From a virus (taxonomy: Duplodnaviria > Caudoviricetes), in IMG/VR virus record IMGVR_UViG_3300016654_000063, positions 1-51,077 of that record: a stretch of 51,077 nucleotides of DNA; one strand, 5' to 3'. This document shows, piece after piece, positions 9,382 to 17,514 of the stretch. The notes below the pieces were generated by a model. That model was not told the origin of the DNA. It made no database searches and saw nothing but the letters and a program-made list of their open reading frames with translations. The position numbers were made by a program, and so were the translations under genes. Positions within the stretch are counted from its first letter, which is position 1. Each line of letters opens with the position of its first letter.

Positions 9382-11292
9382 TTATTTGCTAGCAGCCAAC
9401 TCTAGTTTCATTGTGTCAGGGTTATTGGTAAACATAACCTTGTCGCCCTTTTTGAACAGGCCACCGTCAATAACTTTTCCGCCATCGGTCATGTCAGGGA
9501 TCGTCACCTCTCCGCCGGGGGCTTTCTTGATTGCGCCGCCAATTTTTTTGAGCATGTCTTTAGATTCAATCTCGGCAGGATCAAATGCCGCAAACTTTGA
9601 TCTAACTTGTTTCGGTTGGAACGGAATAACCACCGGATGCTCTGGCCCACCTTTTTTCCCACTAATGTCCAAAATGCCGTCATAACCCAAGTCTTTTTCC
9701 AAAAACTTGGAAATTTTGTCTGGAATTGACGTCCACACAAAAGAATTTGCTCCAGTAGCGGTGTCCTCTTCTAGTTGATTGATCCATTGCTTTGGTGTAA
9801 ACCTAGTATTTTTATCCCACGAATCAACACCACCTTGCTTTTGTCGAGTCCGGTCATTTTTGAACGCCTCTTTAAGATTTGGCAGCACATTATTTTGAAT
9901 TGACTCAATGTCGTTTGTTTTCAACGGATTTGTCAATCTAGCCTTGCCCATCAAAACGCCTTGCGCCTCAGTCCAAGGAGCGTTGGTTTGGGTGATCGGC
10001 AAATCAAATCCGGCGATTCTATAAATGTCTGCCAACTCAGAAGGAGCATACGGATCAAGATTCCCGCTTTCTGCCCACAACTGCCGCAACGCAGTCAATG
10101 GATTGCCTTTAGCCTCACGTTTAAGCATGTAATCAAAGTGAGACTCCGCTACAGGAAGGCCCGCAGGAGTTGGGTGAAGCGTAAACGGGCCACTTGCCTC
10201 CTCTGGGTTTTGATAGCCAATTCGACGAGCCTTGTCCAAGATTTCCGTTTTTTTCTCAAAAGGCAAAAAGTTATATGCCTGCTCGGCAGAAATAAGCGAT
10301 TTGCCGCCCGGGTACAAATCTTTGGTGTTTACTTGAAAGTAATTTTGCATCTCCCCAGCATCACCAAGTCGGCGAGATGTATCGGGCTTGCTCATGGCAT
10401 AACTAGACGCTAGTTCACGTTCCGTAGTTCCGTAGGGCATCGGGCCTGAAGTTGCCCGCTTAGGATCAAGCCCTTTGCCCTCAAGAATCCGATCAAGACG
10501 TTGAGTCCCGTGGTAATAGTCCATGAAGCCCAAGGCGGCAGCCCGATCCATAGCCGTGTTGTTCTCGGGCAGTCCTAACATCTCAACCGCATTCCTTCTG
10601 GCCCGCTCTAGCGCTTCTTCTTGCGGGAACTTGAAGCCAGATCTCTGCTTGGTTGACTTGATTGCCTCACCAATTGCCTTGGCACCTTTGGCGGGAATAG
10701 CAGCCAGCGCTAACGGGGTGGGACTAGACGATGCCGCCGCCATGTTGCGGTATGCTTCCATACCCCTAGCGCCAGCGCCCTCTTGAGGATCAAGCCCAAA
10801 CAGGCCGCGTAATCCCCCCTCGATAACCTCAGCAGCACCAGACTCCTGTGCTCTTTGCCGAGCCGCCTGATACTTCTTGCCGGTGGTGTATTGGCCGAAA
10901 GCAGCACCGCCTTCATCCATCTTCACCGCACCACCACCTGCCAACTCCAGACGCATGGTGTCGGGGTTGTTGGTGAACTGGACCTTCCCGCCCTTCTTCA
11001 TGCCTTCGGGCGGTTGCAATCGGTTATCCGATCCTCCGGGAATGCGTTTAAGAACGTCCTCTGAGGTGGGTAAAAATGTTTCTCCGCCTAGCCCGGGAAT
11101 TAGGCGGATCAAAGACTCGATATCACCGGGCGCTCCCAACGCTCCGGCGGCGAATCCTCTCGCTACGTCTATTGGGACGTTCTTGGCCGCCTCGGGATCT
11201 TGTTTACTCCGCTTGGGCTGCATTTGAGGGAAAAAGCCAAACGCAGGGCCAAACATTGCGTCGGCCAGTTTTTGTCCTCTTTCGTCTGCCAT
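9382..11292 (-). CDS. Putative virion-packaged protein with an ART-PolyVal-like ADP-ribosyltransferase domain
   Basis: Likely start MADERG at 11292 (GAGG RBS). Motifs YYHGT, LASSYA, LTNPL, LGYDGI and VVIPFQPKQVRSKFAAFDP. Confidence 0.65.
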   Translation of the reverse strand: MADERGQKLADAMFGPAFGFFPQMQPKRSKQDPEAAKNVPIDVARGFAAGALGAPGDIESLIRLIPGLGGETFLPTSEDVLKRIPGGSDNRLQPPEGMKKGGKVQFTNNPDTMRLELAGGGAVKMDEGGAAFGQYTTGKKYQAARQRAQESGAAEVIEGGLRGLFGLDPQEGAGARGMEAYRNMAAASSSPTPLALAAIPAKGAKAIGEAIKSTKQRSGFKFPQEEALERARRNAVEMLGLPENNTAMDRAAALGFMDYYHGTQRLDRILEGKGLDPKRATSGPMPYGTTERELASSYAMSKPDTSRRLGDAGEMQNYFQVNTKDLYPGGKSLISAEQAYNFLPFEKKTEILDKARRIGYQNPEEASGPFTLHPTPAGLPVAESHFDYMLKREAKGNPLTALRQLWAESGNLDPYAPSELADIYRIAGFDLPITQTNAPWTEAQGVLMGKARLTNPLKTNDIESIQNNVLPNLKEAFKNDRTRQKQGGVDSWDKNTRFTPKQWINQLEEDTATGANSFVWTSIPDKISKFLEKDLGYDGILDISGKKGGPEHPVVIPFQPKQVRSKFAAFDPAEIESKDMLKKIGGAIKKAPGGEVTIPDMTDGGKVIDGGLFKKGDKVMFTNNPDTMKLELAASK

Positions 11293-11317
11293 ATTTCGCC
11301 TCAAATAATCAGGATTA

Positions 11318-13609
11318 TTACATTGAATATGGATTTTCTTTCTTTCGCCCCGCGTCAACGTAATCGTCTTCGTCTAGTTCATCCCTCGGCGGGGGATCGA
11401 TATCCAGCCAGCCAGCATCTCTGAGATATCTTAGCGCCATCGATGCGGCGTCTACAAAATCATCATGGGTTGTCTCGGGGAACGAGCAAATCTGGCTCAC
11501 CATCCCCTCTGCCCAGTCCCGCACGTAGCCCTTGTTCACGCTGCTCTCAGGGATCCAGACCCTCCCGGCTCGGATGATGTTCGCCACGATGCTCAGGCGC
11601 TGTATCTTGTCTGCTTTGCCGGGGTTGTATCCACGGACGAAGACATGCGCCCGCTGGAGGTCTTGGATCAGGCTTATACCGGCTGACTTGTCCTCCACTA
11701 GCACCAGATCCACCCGGCGGGCATCTTTGCCATCCCCGTACACTACTTCGTACTCCTCCAGCACCTTTTCTTTCATATCGGGATACTGGAGCCTATCCTG
11801 CCAAGCATCGATCACCAGAGCGCTCATAGGGCCGTCAGTGGGTTTGAAAACCCCGAAAGTAATACAGGCAGTGGGATCGTTGTTGATCTTGTCCGTATAC
11901 GCGCAGTCGTAGGACTGGACGATAAACTCCAGCTTGGGTAACGGCTTCTGGGCGGGCCAGAGTTTGAACCAGTCTCTTTTGACGATTCCCGACTCTTCCG
12001 GGTCGATGATCTCCGCGTAGATCTCCTGCTTTCCTAATTTCGTGCCTTCGTACTGCAGGATTTGCTTTCTGAAGTTCTCGCTCAGGTTGTCGATGTTGGC
12101 GTATGTTGAGGCGGTGGTTACGCACACATCATCCCCATCTCTACTCACAAGATCTACGATCAGATCCTTGGGTCTCGGGGTCGTGGTGCAGATAAGGCGG
12201 GTCTTCCAGTTGGCATCCATCTTCAGGCGCATGCCGAACATGATCTGATCCCATGCCTCCTGCAAATACTCCCATGCAGCCAACTCATCGCAGTTGTGAA
12301 CAACAATGCCATTGGCAATGAACTCGTGCTCACCCTCAACTGTCAGGTTGTACGTCACGGAGTTCGGCAAGCGTTCGACGGACTTTACGGTTGCTTTTTT
12401 GAATTCCCAGCGAGAAGAGCTTTTTGCGGCACTCAACTGAGCATGCGTGATGGGTTCCTCGCAGCTTACTGAACTCTGCACCGCAACTTGCGCAATTTGC
12501 TTGCTGTGGGTATTGCCTGTTGTCGCGCCACTTATCAAGACATTTTCGGGAGCAGAACTTCCCAACTTTGTTTGCCGAAAGCGAAACAAACTCCGCACCA
12601 CATTCAATGCACTTCCCAGCTTTGGGAGTGCGTAGCTGCTCAAGCGTTTTTCTTGCGGCTTCTTTTTGGGCTTCGCTATTCTTTGCTCCGAGTCGATGAT
12701 GCCGTTGATGTTCCGATTTCGCCATGAGAGCAAGATTGGAAATGTCATTGTTCTCAACGTTGTGATCTGCGTGATGAACAACAAAGCCTTTTTGAATTGG
12801 GCCGTTGTGTTGCTCCCAGATGTACCGGTGCAAATAACCTCGTCTTTTGTTGTGATAGTGCCCTGTTGGCCTTTTGTGCCATGTGACACCGTCGTAAATG
12901 ATGCCCTCCATACTTTGTCACCTTCTTTGACTTTGCCAGCAGGAATCCACTGATCTCCGACAAGTATAGGGTGATCATCGGTTGTGGTCAATTGCGTGTC
13001 ACCACATCTCATGACAATTAAATCAGCGGTATTGCCAGAAACCCCAGCCGCCAAAACTTTTCTTGGGCCGTGGCGAGTCATCACGACATCGCCAGACTTG
13101 ATGTTTTGAATTGGCACCTCTCCGCCATTGGGTAACGCAATCATGGTGTCTGGAGGGCAGCACCATCCGCCATGAAATTGTGGGCCGCGGAAACGCTCAG
13201 GCTCCGACGCGGGGATGCCTTTGATCAGGGAGCCGTTGACCAGTTTGAGTTCGTGCAGGGCTTTGTTGTAATCCGCCACCAGCACGGGCGGGATTACGCT
13301 CATCAGCCCGGAGTCACCCTCAAAGGTGGTGCTTCTTACGTCGCTGCTTGTAGGGGCGCTTACTAACCAGCGGGTGTTTGGGTATTGCCAAGCCCACCAC
13401 CAAATCTGTTCCGCGGCGGTTCGGGTCTTTCCGGCTCCCCGGCCAGCAAGCAGCAGAAGAATTGACCACCAGTCGCCCGGGGGCATTTTCTGATGGTCGT
13501 GCGCCTTAGCCAGCCAAGCCATCCTCGCGGCGTATGCCATGGCCTGATGCGGTGGTGCCTTTTTCAGAGCCTCGGTTATCTCGGGACTCGTTAGCAGATC
13601 AAGCGCCAT
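11318..13609 (-). CDS. terL: Terminase large subunit, intein-containing precursor
   Basis: Walker A AGRGAGKT. Walker B GGW/CDE is split by an intein. Also TTTP motif and RNase H-like nuclease residues (SYDCA, LVEDK, HDDFVDA). Confidence 0.95.
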   Translation of the reverse strand: MALDLLTSPEITEALKKAPPHQAMAYAARMAWLAKAHDHQKMPPGDWWSILLLLAGRGAGKTRTAAEQIWWWAWQYPNTRWLVSAPTSSDVRSTTFEGDSGLMSVIPPVLVADYNKALHELKLVNGSLIKGIPASEPERFRGPQFHGGWCCPPDTMIALPNGGEVPIQNIKSGDVVMTRHGPRKVLAAGVSGNTADLIVMRCGDTQLTTTDDHPILVGDQWIPAGKVKEGDKVWRASFTTVSHGTKGQQGTITTKDEVICTGTSGSNTTAQFKKALLFITQITTLRTMTFPILLSWRNRNINGIIDSEQRIAKPKKKPQEKRLSSYALPKLGSALNVVRSLFRFRQTKLGSSAPENVLISGATTGNTHSKQIAQVAVQSSVSCEEPITHAQLSAAKSSSRWEFKKATVKSVERLPNSVTYNLTVEGEHEFIANGIVVHNCDELAAWEYLQEAWDQIMFGMRLKMDANWKTRLICTTTPRPKDLIVDLVSRDGDDVCVTTASTYANIDNLSENFRKQILQYEGTKLGKQEIYAEIIDPEESGIVKRDWFKLWPAQKPLPKLEFIVQSYDCAYTDKINNDPTACITFGVFKPTDGPMSALVIDAWQDRLQYPDMKEKVLEEYEVVYGDGKDARRVDLVLVEDKSAGISLIQDLQRAHVFVRGYNPGKADKIQRLSIVANIIRAGRVWIPESSVNKGYVRDWAEGMVSQICSFPETTHDDFVDAASMALRYLRDAGWLDIDPPPRDELDEDDYVDAGRKKENPYSM
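12293..13162 (-). mobile_element. Intein (290 aa) in TerL Walker B
   Basis: N-terminal CCPPDTMI, block B TTTDDHPI, blocks F/G VTYNLTVEGEHEFIANGIVVHN, followed by Cys+1. Removal restores RGPQFHGGW-CDELAAW. Confidence 0.95.
12336..12911 (-). CDS. HNH homing endonuclease encoded in a shifted frame inside the TerL intein
   Basis: YLHRYIWEQHNGPI..GFVVHHADHNVENNDISNL HNH motif plus two CxxC...CSxxC repeats. Own SD: AAGAAGGTGA, 6 nt before the ATG. Confidence 0.9.
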   Translation of the reverse strand: MEGIIYDGVTWHKRPTGHYHNKRRGYLHRYIWEQHNGPIQKGFVVHHADHNVENNDISNLALMAKSEHQRHHRLGAKNSEAQKEAARKTLEQLRTPKAGKCIECGAEFVSLSANKVGKFCSRKCLDKWRDNRQYPQQANCASCGAEFSKLRGTHHACSVECRKKLFSLGIQKSNRKVRRTLAELRDVQPDS

Positions 13610-14087
13610 TGCGCCGCAATTCTAAATTCTTTACTGCCTCGGCCAATAAAGCTACAGCGTCGTTGTTAATATGTAGCGGAGCCTCTGGATCTCCAGCGTG
13701 GGTAACTCGGTCGCCGTACTTCTTGGGGTTCCACTTTGCCAGCAGCTTGAGGCGGGTCTCAATCTGGAGCTTGCGGTGGCCCAGCATGTCCTCGACCGTG
13801 GTGTAGGTCTTGTCGTCACCGATGACCCGCTTGTGCCCCAGATGGATATTGTCGGCAATGATGAGGGCCTCCTCAGCAATAGCCTCGTATCCCTGATCTC
13901 TCGCGCGGGCGATGGCTCCCGAAAGCTCTTCGTCGCGGGCCATCCATTCGTAGATCTTTTGCCAAGCTGGCATGTGATCATCCCTACAGATCTGCCTTAG
14001 CGGCTCACCGTTACTTAGCCTCTCGCATATCTCAGCGGCTAGTTCGGTAGAGTATTTACTTGGCCTTCCTGTTTTCTTTTTTTCCAT
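13599..14087 (-). CDS. terS: Terminase small subunit (Sf6-like)
   Basis: GRPSKY..E....ICERL..GE.LR.IC HTH and RKLQIETRLKLLAKWNPKKYGDR; overlaps the terL start. Confidence 0.9.
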   Translation of the reverse strand: MEKKKTGRPSKYSTELAAEICERLSNGEPLRQICRDDHMPAWQKIYEWMARDEELSGAIARARDQGYEAIAEEALIIADNIHLGHKRVIGDDKTYTTVEDMLGHRKLQIETRLKLLAKWNPKKYGDRVTHAGDPEAPLHINNDAVALLAEAVKNLELRRNGA

Positions 14088-14131
14088 CTCGTACTTTCAG
14101 AGACATAAGATAACATTATTATGGGGTAGAA

Positions 14132-14167
14132 ATAGAAAAGGGGCAACTTGTGCCCCCGTTCTTTTTT
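14132..14167. terminator. Rho-independent terminator, possibly bidirectional
   Basis: AAAAGGGGCA-ACTTG-TGCCCC followed by GTTCTTTTTT; A/T tracts on both sides. Confidence 0.65.
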
Positions 14168-14177
14168 GCGCGGAATT

Positions 14178-14342
14178 TTAGTCTGGTTTTACCAACGGCC
14201 TGCCCAGAATCTTCCGCACATCGTTGGCCGCGTCGAAAGCGTAGGCCCATCCATCGCTCATGTAGGGTAGTCTCTCGATTGACTCTTCAAGGGACTCAAG
14301 GATGCAGAGGAGGGTGTGTTCGTCTACGGTGTAGGTTTTCAT
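14178..14342 (-). CDS. Small hypothetical protein (54 aa, not in ORF track)
   Basis: MKTYTVDEHTLLCILESLEESIERLPY...; ATGA overlap with the upstream stop and GAGGAGG RBS. Confidence 0.7.
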   Translation of the reverse strand: MKTYTVDEHTLLCILESLEESIERLPYMSDGWAYAFDAANDVRKILGRPLVKPD

Positions 14343-14593
14343 GCTGCCTCCTCATACCGCTTCATGGCGGCGGCGTGCTCTTCGTCAGAACGCTTCATGG
14401 CGGCTGCATGCTCTTCTTCGGAACGCAGACCGACCTTTACCATGGTCAGGATTGTGTTCAGCTCCGACCACTCGGCGACAGTTAGAGATTTGTCGTTCAC
14501 CAAGGACATGCGAGCCGCCTCTTGCGCCGCCTCTATGCGCTGCTCCGTCAAGTTGGCGGCAAAGGACTTGGGGAATTTAACGTATCCGTACAT
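14339..14593 (-). CDS. Hypothetical protein with a C-terminal 11-aa tandem repeat
   Basis: 84 aa, GAAAGGT RBS, RSEEEHAAAMK-RSDEEHAAAMK repeat. Confidence 0.7.
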   Translation of the reverse strand: MYGYVKFPKSFAANLTEQRIEAAQEAARMSLVNDKSLTVAEWSELNTILTMVKVGLRSEEEHAAAMKRSDEEHAAAMKRYEEAA

Positions 14594-14637
14594 GATGTCT
14601 TACCTTTCGAGTTACCCGGCGATGTTGCCGTGGGTTG

Positions 14638-14668
14638 AATTATAGAACGACTTGTTCAAGCAATGCAA
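14638..14668 (-). promoter_or_regulatory. Sigma70-like promoter with an operator-like palindrome in the spacer
   Basis: Minus strand TTGCAT-18 nt-TATAAT; contains TTGAACAAGTCGTTCTA. Confidence 0.7.
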
Positions 14669-14697
14669 TACCCCCACTGTTTTGTGGGGGATTTACC

Positions 14698-15258
14698 TCA
14701 CGGGCGCATTCCGATGGCGTCGTAGTCGATACCGACGGACTTGCCGGTGTACGATGCCAGACCCGACAGGCCGCGCTGCTCGGGCAAATGGTTGCCCGGG
14801 TAACGGGCGTACATTTTTGCCGGGGCCAACATGTAGGCCACCTTCAGGCCGCGGTCAGCAAAACCCTTCTCGCGCTTGTAGTCGGTCACCCACTCAGCCT
14901 TGTCAGCGCCATTGCGGCGCACTGCCCACTTGTACACGTTGCCGTAGCCGAAGCGGTTCTCAAAGACATGGATCGTGGTCGCCACTACTTCGCCGGTTTG
15001 GGCGTCCACCAGCACCTTGAACACATCGAGGTTGCCTTGGTCGGCCAGTTCCGCAGCACGGGAGCAGTCGCGGGCGCTGATGTCGTTGCACCACTGGCTC
15101 ACGCAGCCATCGGTGTCGCTGCGCTCAAACGACTCGATTGAACGGCGGGCGTGCTCTTCTGCTTGCTCGCGCAGGCGCTTGCTGTCCTCGCTCTCAAACG
15201 AGGGGAGCGCGGCGCTGGCTTCTTCATAGGAGGGGAAAACGAAGTAGAAGGAAGTCAT
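14698..15258 (-). CDS. Hypothetical early protein
   Basis: About 186 aa containing SFERSDTDGCVSQW; has its own promoter and GAAAGGT RBS. Confidence 0.75.
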   Translation of the reverse strand: MTSFYFVFPSYEEASAALPSFESEDSKRLREQAEEHARRSIESFERSDTDGCVSQWCNDISARDCSRAAELADQGNLDVFKVLVDAQTGEVVATTIHVFENRFGYGNVYKWAVRRNGADKAEWVTDYKREKGFADRGLKVAYMLAPAKMYARYPGNHLPEQRGLSGLASYTGKSVGIDYDAIGMRP

Positions 15259-15301
15259 GATCATTACCTTTCAAGTTACTCGGCGGGGGCGCCGTGGAAC
15301 A

Positions 15302-15332
15302 AATTATAGAACAAAAAATTCAATCAATGCAA
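15302..15332 (-). promoter_or_regulatory. Sigma70-like promoter with an operator-like palindrome in the spacer
   Basis: Minus strand TTGCAT-18 nt-TATAAT; contains TTGAATTTTTTGTTCTA. Confidence 0.7.
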
Positions 15333-15352
15333 TACCCCACCATGTTGCAGGG

Positions 15353-15436
15353 TTACCACGGCCTCCAGACCAGCAGATCCATCAGCAGGACGACCGTGGC
15401 GAGGAAGTAGCACCAGATGATTGCTTTGCGTTGCAT
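15353..15436 (-). CDS. 27-aa single-TM micropeptide (not in ORF track)
   Basis: AGGAG RBS; MQRKAIIWCYFLATVVLLMDLLVWRPW. Confidence 0.6.
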   Translation of the reverse strand: MQRKAIIWCYFLATVVLLMDLLVWRPW

Positions 15437-15472
15437 GGTGTTCTCCTGAAGGGGCCGAAGCCCCCGGGTTGA

Positions 15473-15757
15473 TTAGCGGGCGGTGACCTTGACGGTGAAG
15501 CGAGCGCTGGTCTTGGTGTACTTGTCGTACATCGCAGCGCCGTGTTCCTTGATGAAGGCTTCCTTGTTGAAGGAAGCGGTGTTGGACTCGCTGTAGGTGG
15601 CCTTGAACAGCGCACCGTCCCAGACCTTCTGGCCACCTGCGCTGCCGATCTCCTTGATGCTGTCCTTGATTTCCTCGGCCTTGGCGGTCAGGTCAGCGAT
15701 CTGCGCGAGCAGCATGCCGAGTTCGTCAATCTTGGTGAGGTTGAGATCTGCTTTCAT
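15473..15757 (-). CDS. Hypothetical early protein
   Basis: 94 aa with an N-terminal coiled coil, GAAAGGT RBS, strongly biased codon use. Confidence 0.8.
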   Translation of the reverse strand: MKADLNLTKIDELGMLLAQIADLTAKAEEIKDSIKEIGSAGGQKVWDGALFKATYSESNTASFNKEAFIKEHGAAMYDKYTKTSARFTVKVTAR

Positions 15758-15839
15758 GATTACCTTTCAAGTTACCCGCTACAAGTTGGCGTGAGTGAAT
15801 TAGAACAGAAAATTCAACATTGTGTCGATCTGCCCCAAA

Positions 15840-16115
15840 CTATTTTGCAACAGTGTGTTTCTCCAACAGCCGTTGGATGGTCACGTTCAAGGCGTCAAGT
15901 TCGTCCATCTTCTTGAGCGCCCACATCCTGCGCTGCCCATGTAGCCCCATGAGGCTGCCTTGGTGGCAGCCCTTGCACAGAGCCACGCAGGTGTACTGGA
16001 GTCCTTGCTTGATGTGGTGAGCGTCGCTTGGCCCGGGAGCGTCGCAGACTGAGCAGGGTAGCTCTTTGATCGCGGCTAGGTGCTTGCGCTCTGCTGCTGT
16101 TAATTTGTTGTTCAC
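15840..16115 (-). CDS. Ref/DUF968-like HNH-type nuclease
   Basis: LPCSVC...DAHHI...LCKGCHQG. Confidence 0.7.
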   Translation of the reverse strand: MNNKLTAAERKHLAAIKELPCSVCDAPGPSDAHHIKQGLQYTCVALCKGCHQGSLMGLHGQRRMWALKKMDELDALNVTIQRLLEKHTVAK

Positions 16116-16456
16116 ACGGTCGCCCTGAGTTCGCTTCGCTTGCTTGCCTCAAGAGACCTCCAGACTTCGATCCTTGCCTCCGCAGCGATCAGCATCCACC
16201 TGAGTTTTTCCTCGGCCTCTACGGCCTCTTTAATGGCCGTCAGGTGCGCTTTGTAGTCCGGGTGGCTATACGCCTCCCTCTCTTGCGCGTTTACCGCCTC
16301 GTAGCCCATCTCCAAGGCTCGTTTGCACAGTTCTGCTTTCAGGGTTTTACGGTGCTCCTCAACATAAATCCGGTTTGCTTTGGCTTGGGCATACTCAGCG
16401 CTCTTGGCGATGATGTAGTCCACCGCGGCGTTTGGATCTGTTGGTTTCTCGCTCAT
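16112..16456 (-). CDS. Hypothetical helical protein (weak resemblance to UvsY-like proteins)
   Basis: AAGGAG RBS before MSEKP; coiled coil; EREAYSHPDY. Confidence 0.6.
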   Translation of the reverse strand: MSEKPTDPNAAVDYIIAKSAEYAQAKANRIYVEEHRKTLKAELCKRALEMGYEAVNAQEREAYSHPDYKAHLTAIKEAVEAEEKLRWMLIAAEARIEVWRSLEASKRSELRATV

Positions 16457-16752
16457 GCCTTCTCCTTTAGACACTCCCGCAGGGAGGTGATGGCGGCGCG
16501 GGCTATCTTGTTTATTTCAAACCGTATGTCTGTTACTTGCTGCGCCGTGAGTGCATCGGGCGTGCCGTATTCAACAAGTATGGCAATTTGCTTCAGCGCA
16601 ACCAACGCCTGCCGCAGCAGGGCGGTGTCCGGCTCCCGCTCAGGCTTCGCAAGCGCGGCGCGGAGGGCGATCATCAGACTTGCCATACGGACACTGCCGG
16701 GGTCGGTATGCCACTCCTCAAGCGCCTGCTGTGCTGTTTCTCGTAGTGTCAT
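16453..16752 (-). CDS. Hypothetical protein
   Basis: 99 aa, AGGAG RBS, coupled to the downstream gene. Confidence 0.65.
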   Translation of the reverse strand: MTLRETAQQALEEWHTDPGSVRMASLMIALRAALAKPEREPDTALLRQALVALKQIAILVEYGTPDALTAQQVTDIRFEINKIARAAITSLRECLKEKA

Positions 16753-16852
16753 TTGATGCTCCTAACAACTTCACCTGTGACTTCACCTGTCGCACCGCGC
16801 CAGCGTCTGCAATCAAGTACACAAACTCTATAGTGTCTGTGAATATGGACTT

Positions 16853-17131
16853 TCATTTCTTTTTCCTTTCAATCATTTGTTGAGAAAATACCCTAAAAGC
16901 CTCCACTCTTTCCGCCTCTGCTTTTTTGTTTCTGCTTATATTTTTAATCGTCCCCGCCGCTTTTCCCTCGCTTCTGGCTTTTTCTACCGCAGCAGTGGAT
17001 AGTTCAGATTTTGTTTTGCCCTTGTAAGTAAAATAAGAATCTTCCTGAAATATGCTTGGTCTGGGATTGTCCTTCCATTTGAAAGGATTATCTGGATGAT
17101 TCTTTATCATGTCCCAAGTTGATTTATGCAT
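16853..17131 (-). CDS. Hypothetical basic protein
   Basis: 92-aa ORF in the co-oriented operon. Confidence 0.55.
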   Translation of the reverse strand: MHKSTWDMIKNHPDNPFKWKDNPRPSIFQEDSYFTYKGKTKSELSTAAVEKARSEGKAAGTIKNISRNKKAEAERVEAFRVFSQQMIERKKK

Positions 17132-17514
17132 AGGTCAACCACCATCTTCCCCGGTTTTTGTCCGTAAGATCTGTAAACAACTACTGGCTGAAACTGTCGA
17201 TCATTTATTCCCAAGGCATCAGCCATTCCATCCAATCCAGATTTAGCTGCGGCCAGGCAGTTATCTGTATCTCTCAGTCTTTTGTCTGGCATCACGAAAC
17301 TAATACTGAGTTTAATGTTCTCAGTGGTAGGAACCCAATCTTTCATTTGATGGGTGGTCAACCACGCGCAGGTTTGTCTGTAGTTGGTCTTCGCGGTGTG
17401 GGTTGCTGTCCAGTGCTTGCCCCGGCTTCTGTTCGGAAACAGTTCAGCCGGGGGGAAGTCTAGTTCTATCCTCAGCAAGGCACCTAGATGCCCGTCAGTC
17501 GCATTTTTTTTCAT
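17107..17514 (-). CDS. rusA: RusA-like Holliday junction resolvase/endodeoxyribonuclease
   Basis: LDFPP..L.PN and PDKRLRDTDNCLAAAKSGLDGMADALGINDRQF (DxDN..K...D motif). Confidence 0.8.
   Translation of the reverse strand: MKKNATDGHLGALLRIELDFPPAELFPNRSRGKHWTATHTAKTNYRQTCAWLTTHQMKDWVPTTENIKLSISFVMPDKRLRDTDNCLAAAKSGLDGMADALGINDRQFQPVVVYRSYGQKPGKMVVDLCINQLGT

Noticed and set aside
12754-12978. Third-frame 74-aa ORF within the intein
   Set aside because: Short, with no motif and no clear RBS; likely chance
12293-13162. Group I intron or a sequencing frameshift as the explanation of the terL insert
   Set aside because: The TerL frame is uninterrupted with complete intein splice motifs at both ends, and the HNH frame has its own SD, start and stop. 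Read-level checking is still advisable.
14090-14340. Apparent intergenic gap as a possible tRNA or ncRNA
   Set aside because: It is explained by a 54-aa ORF plus a terminator; no cloverleaf was seen
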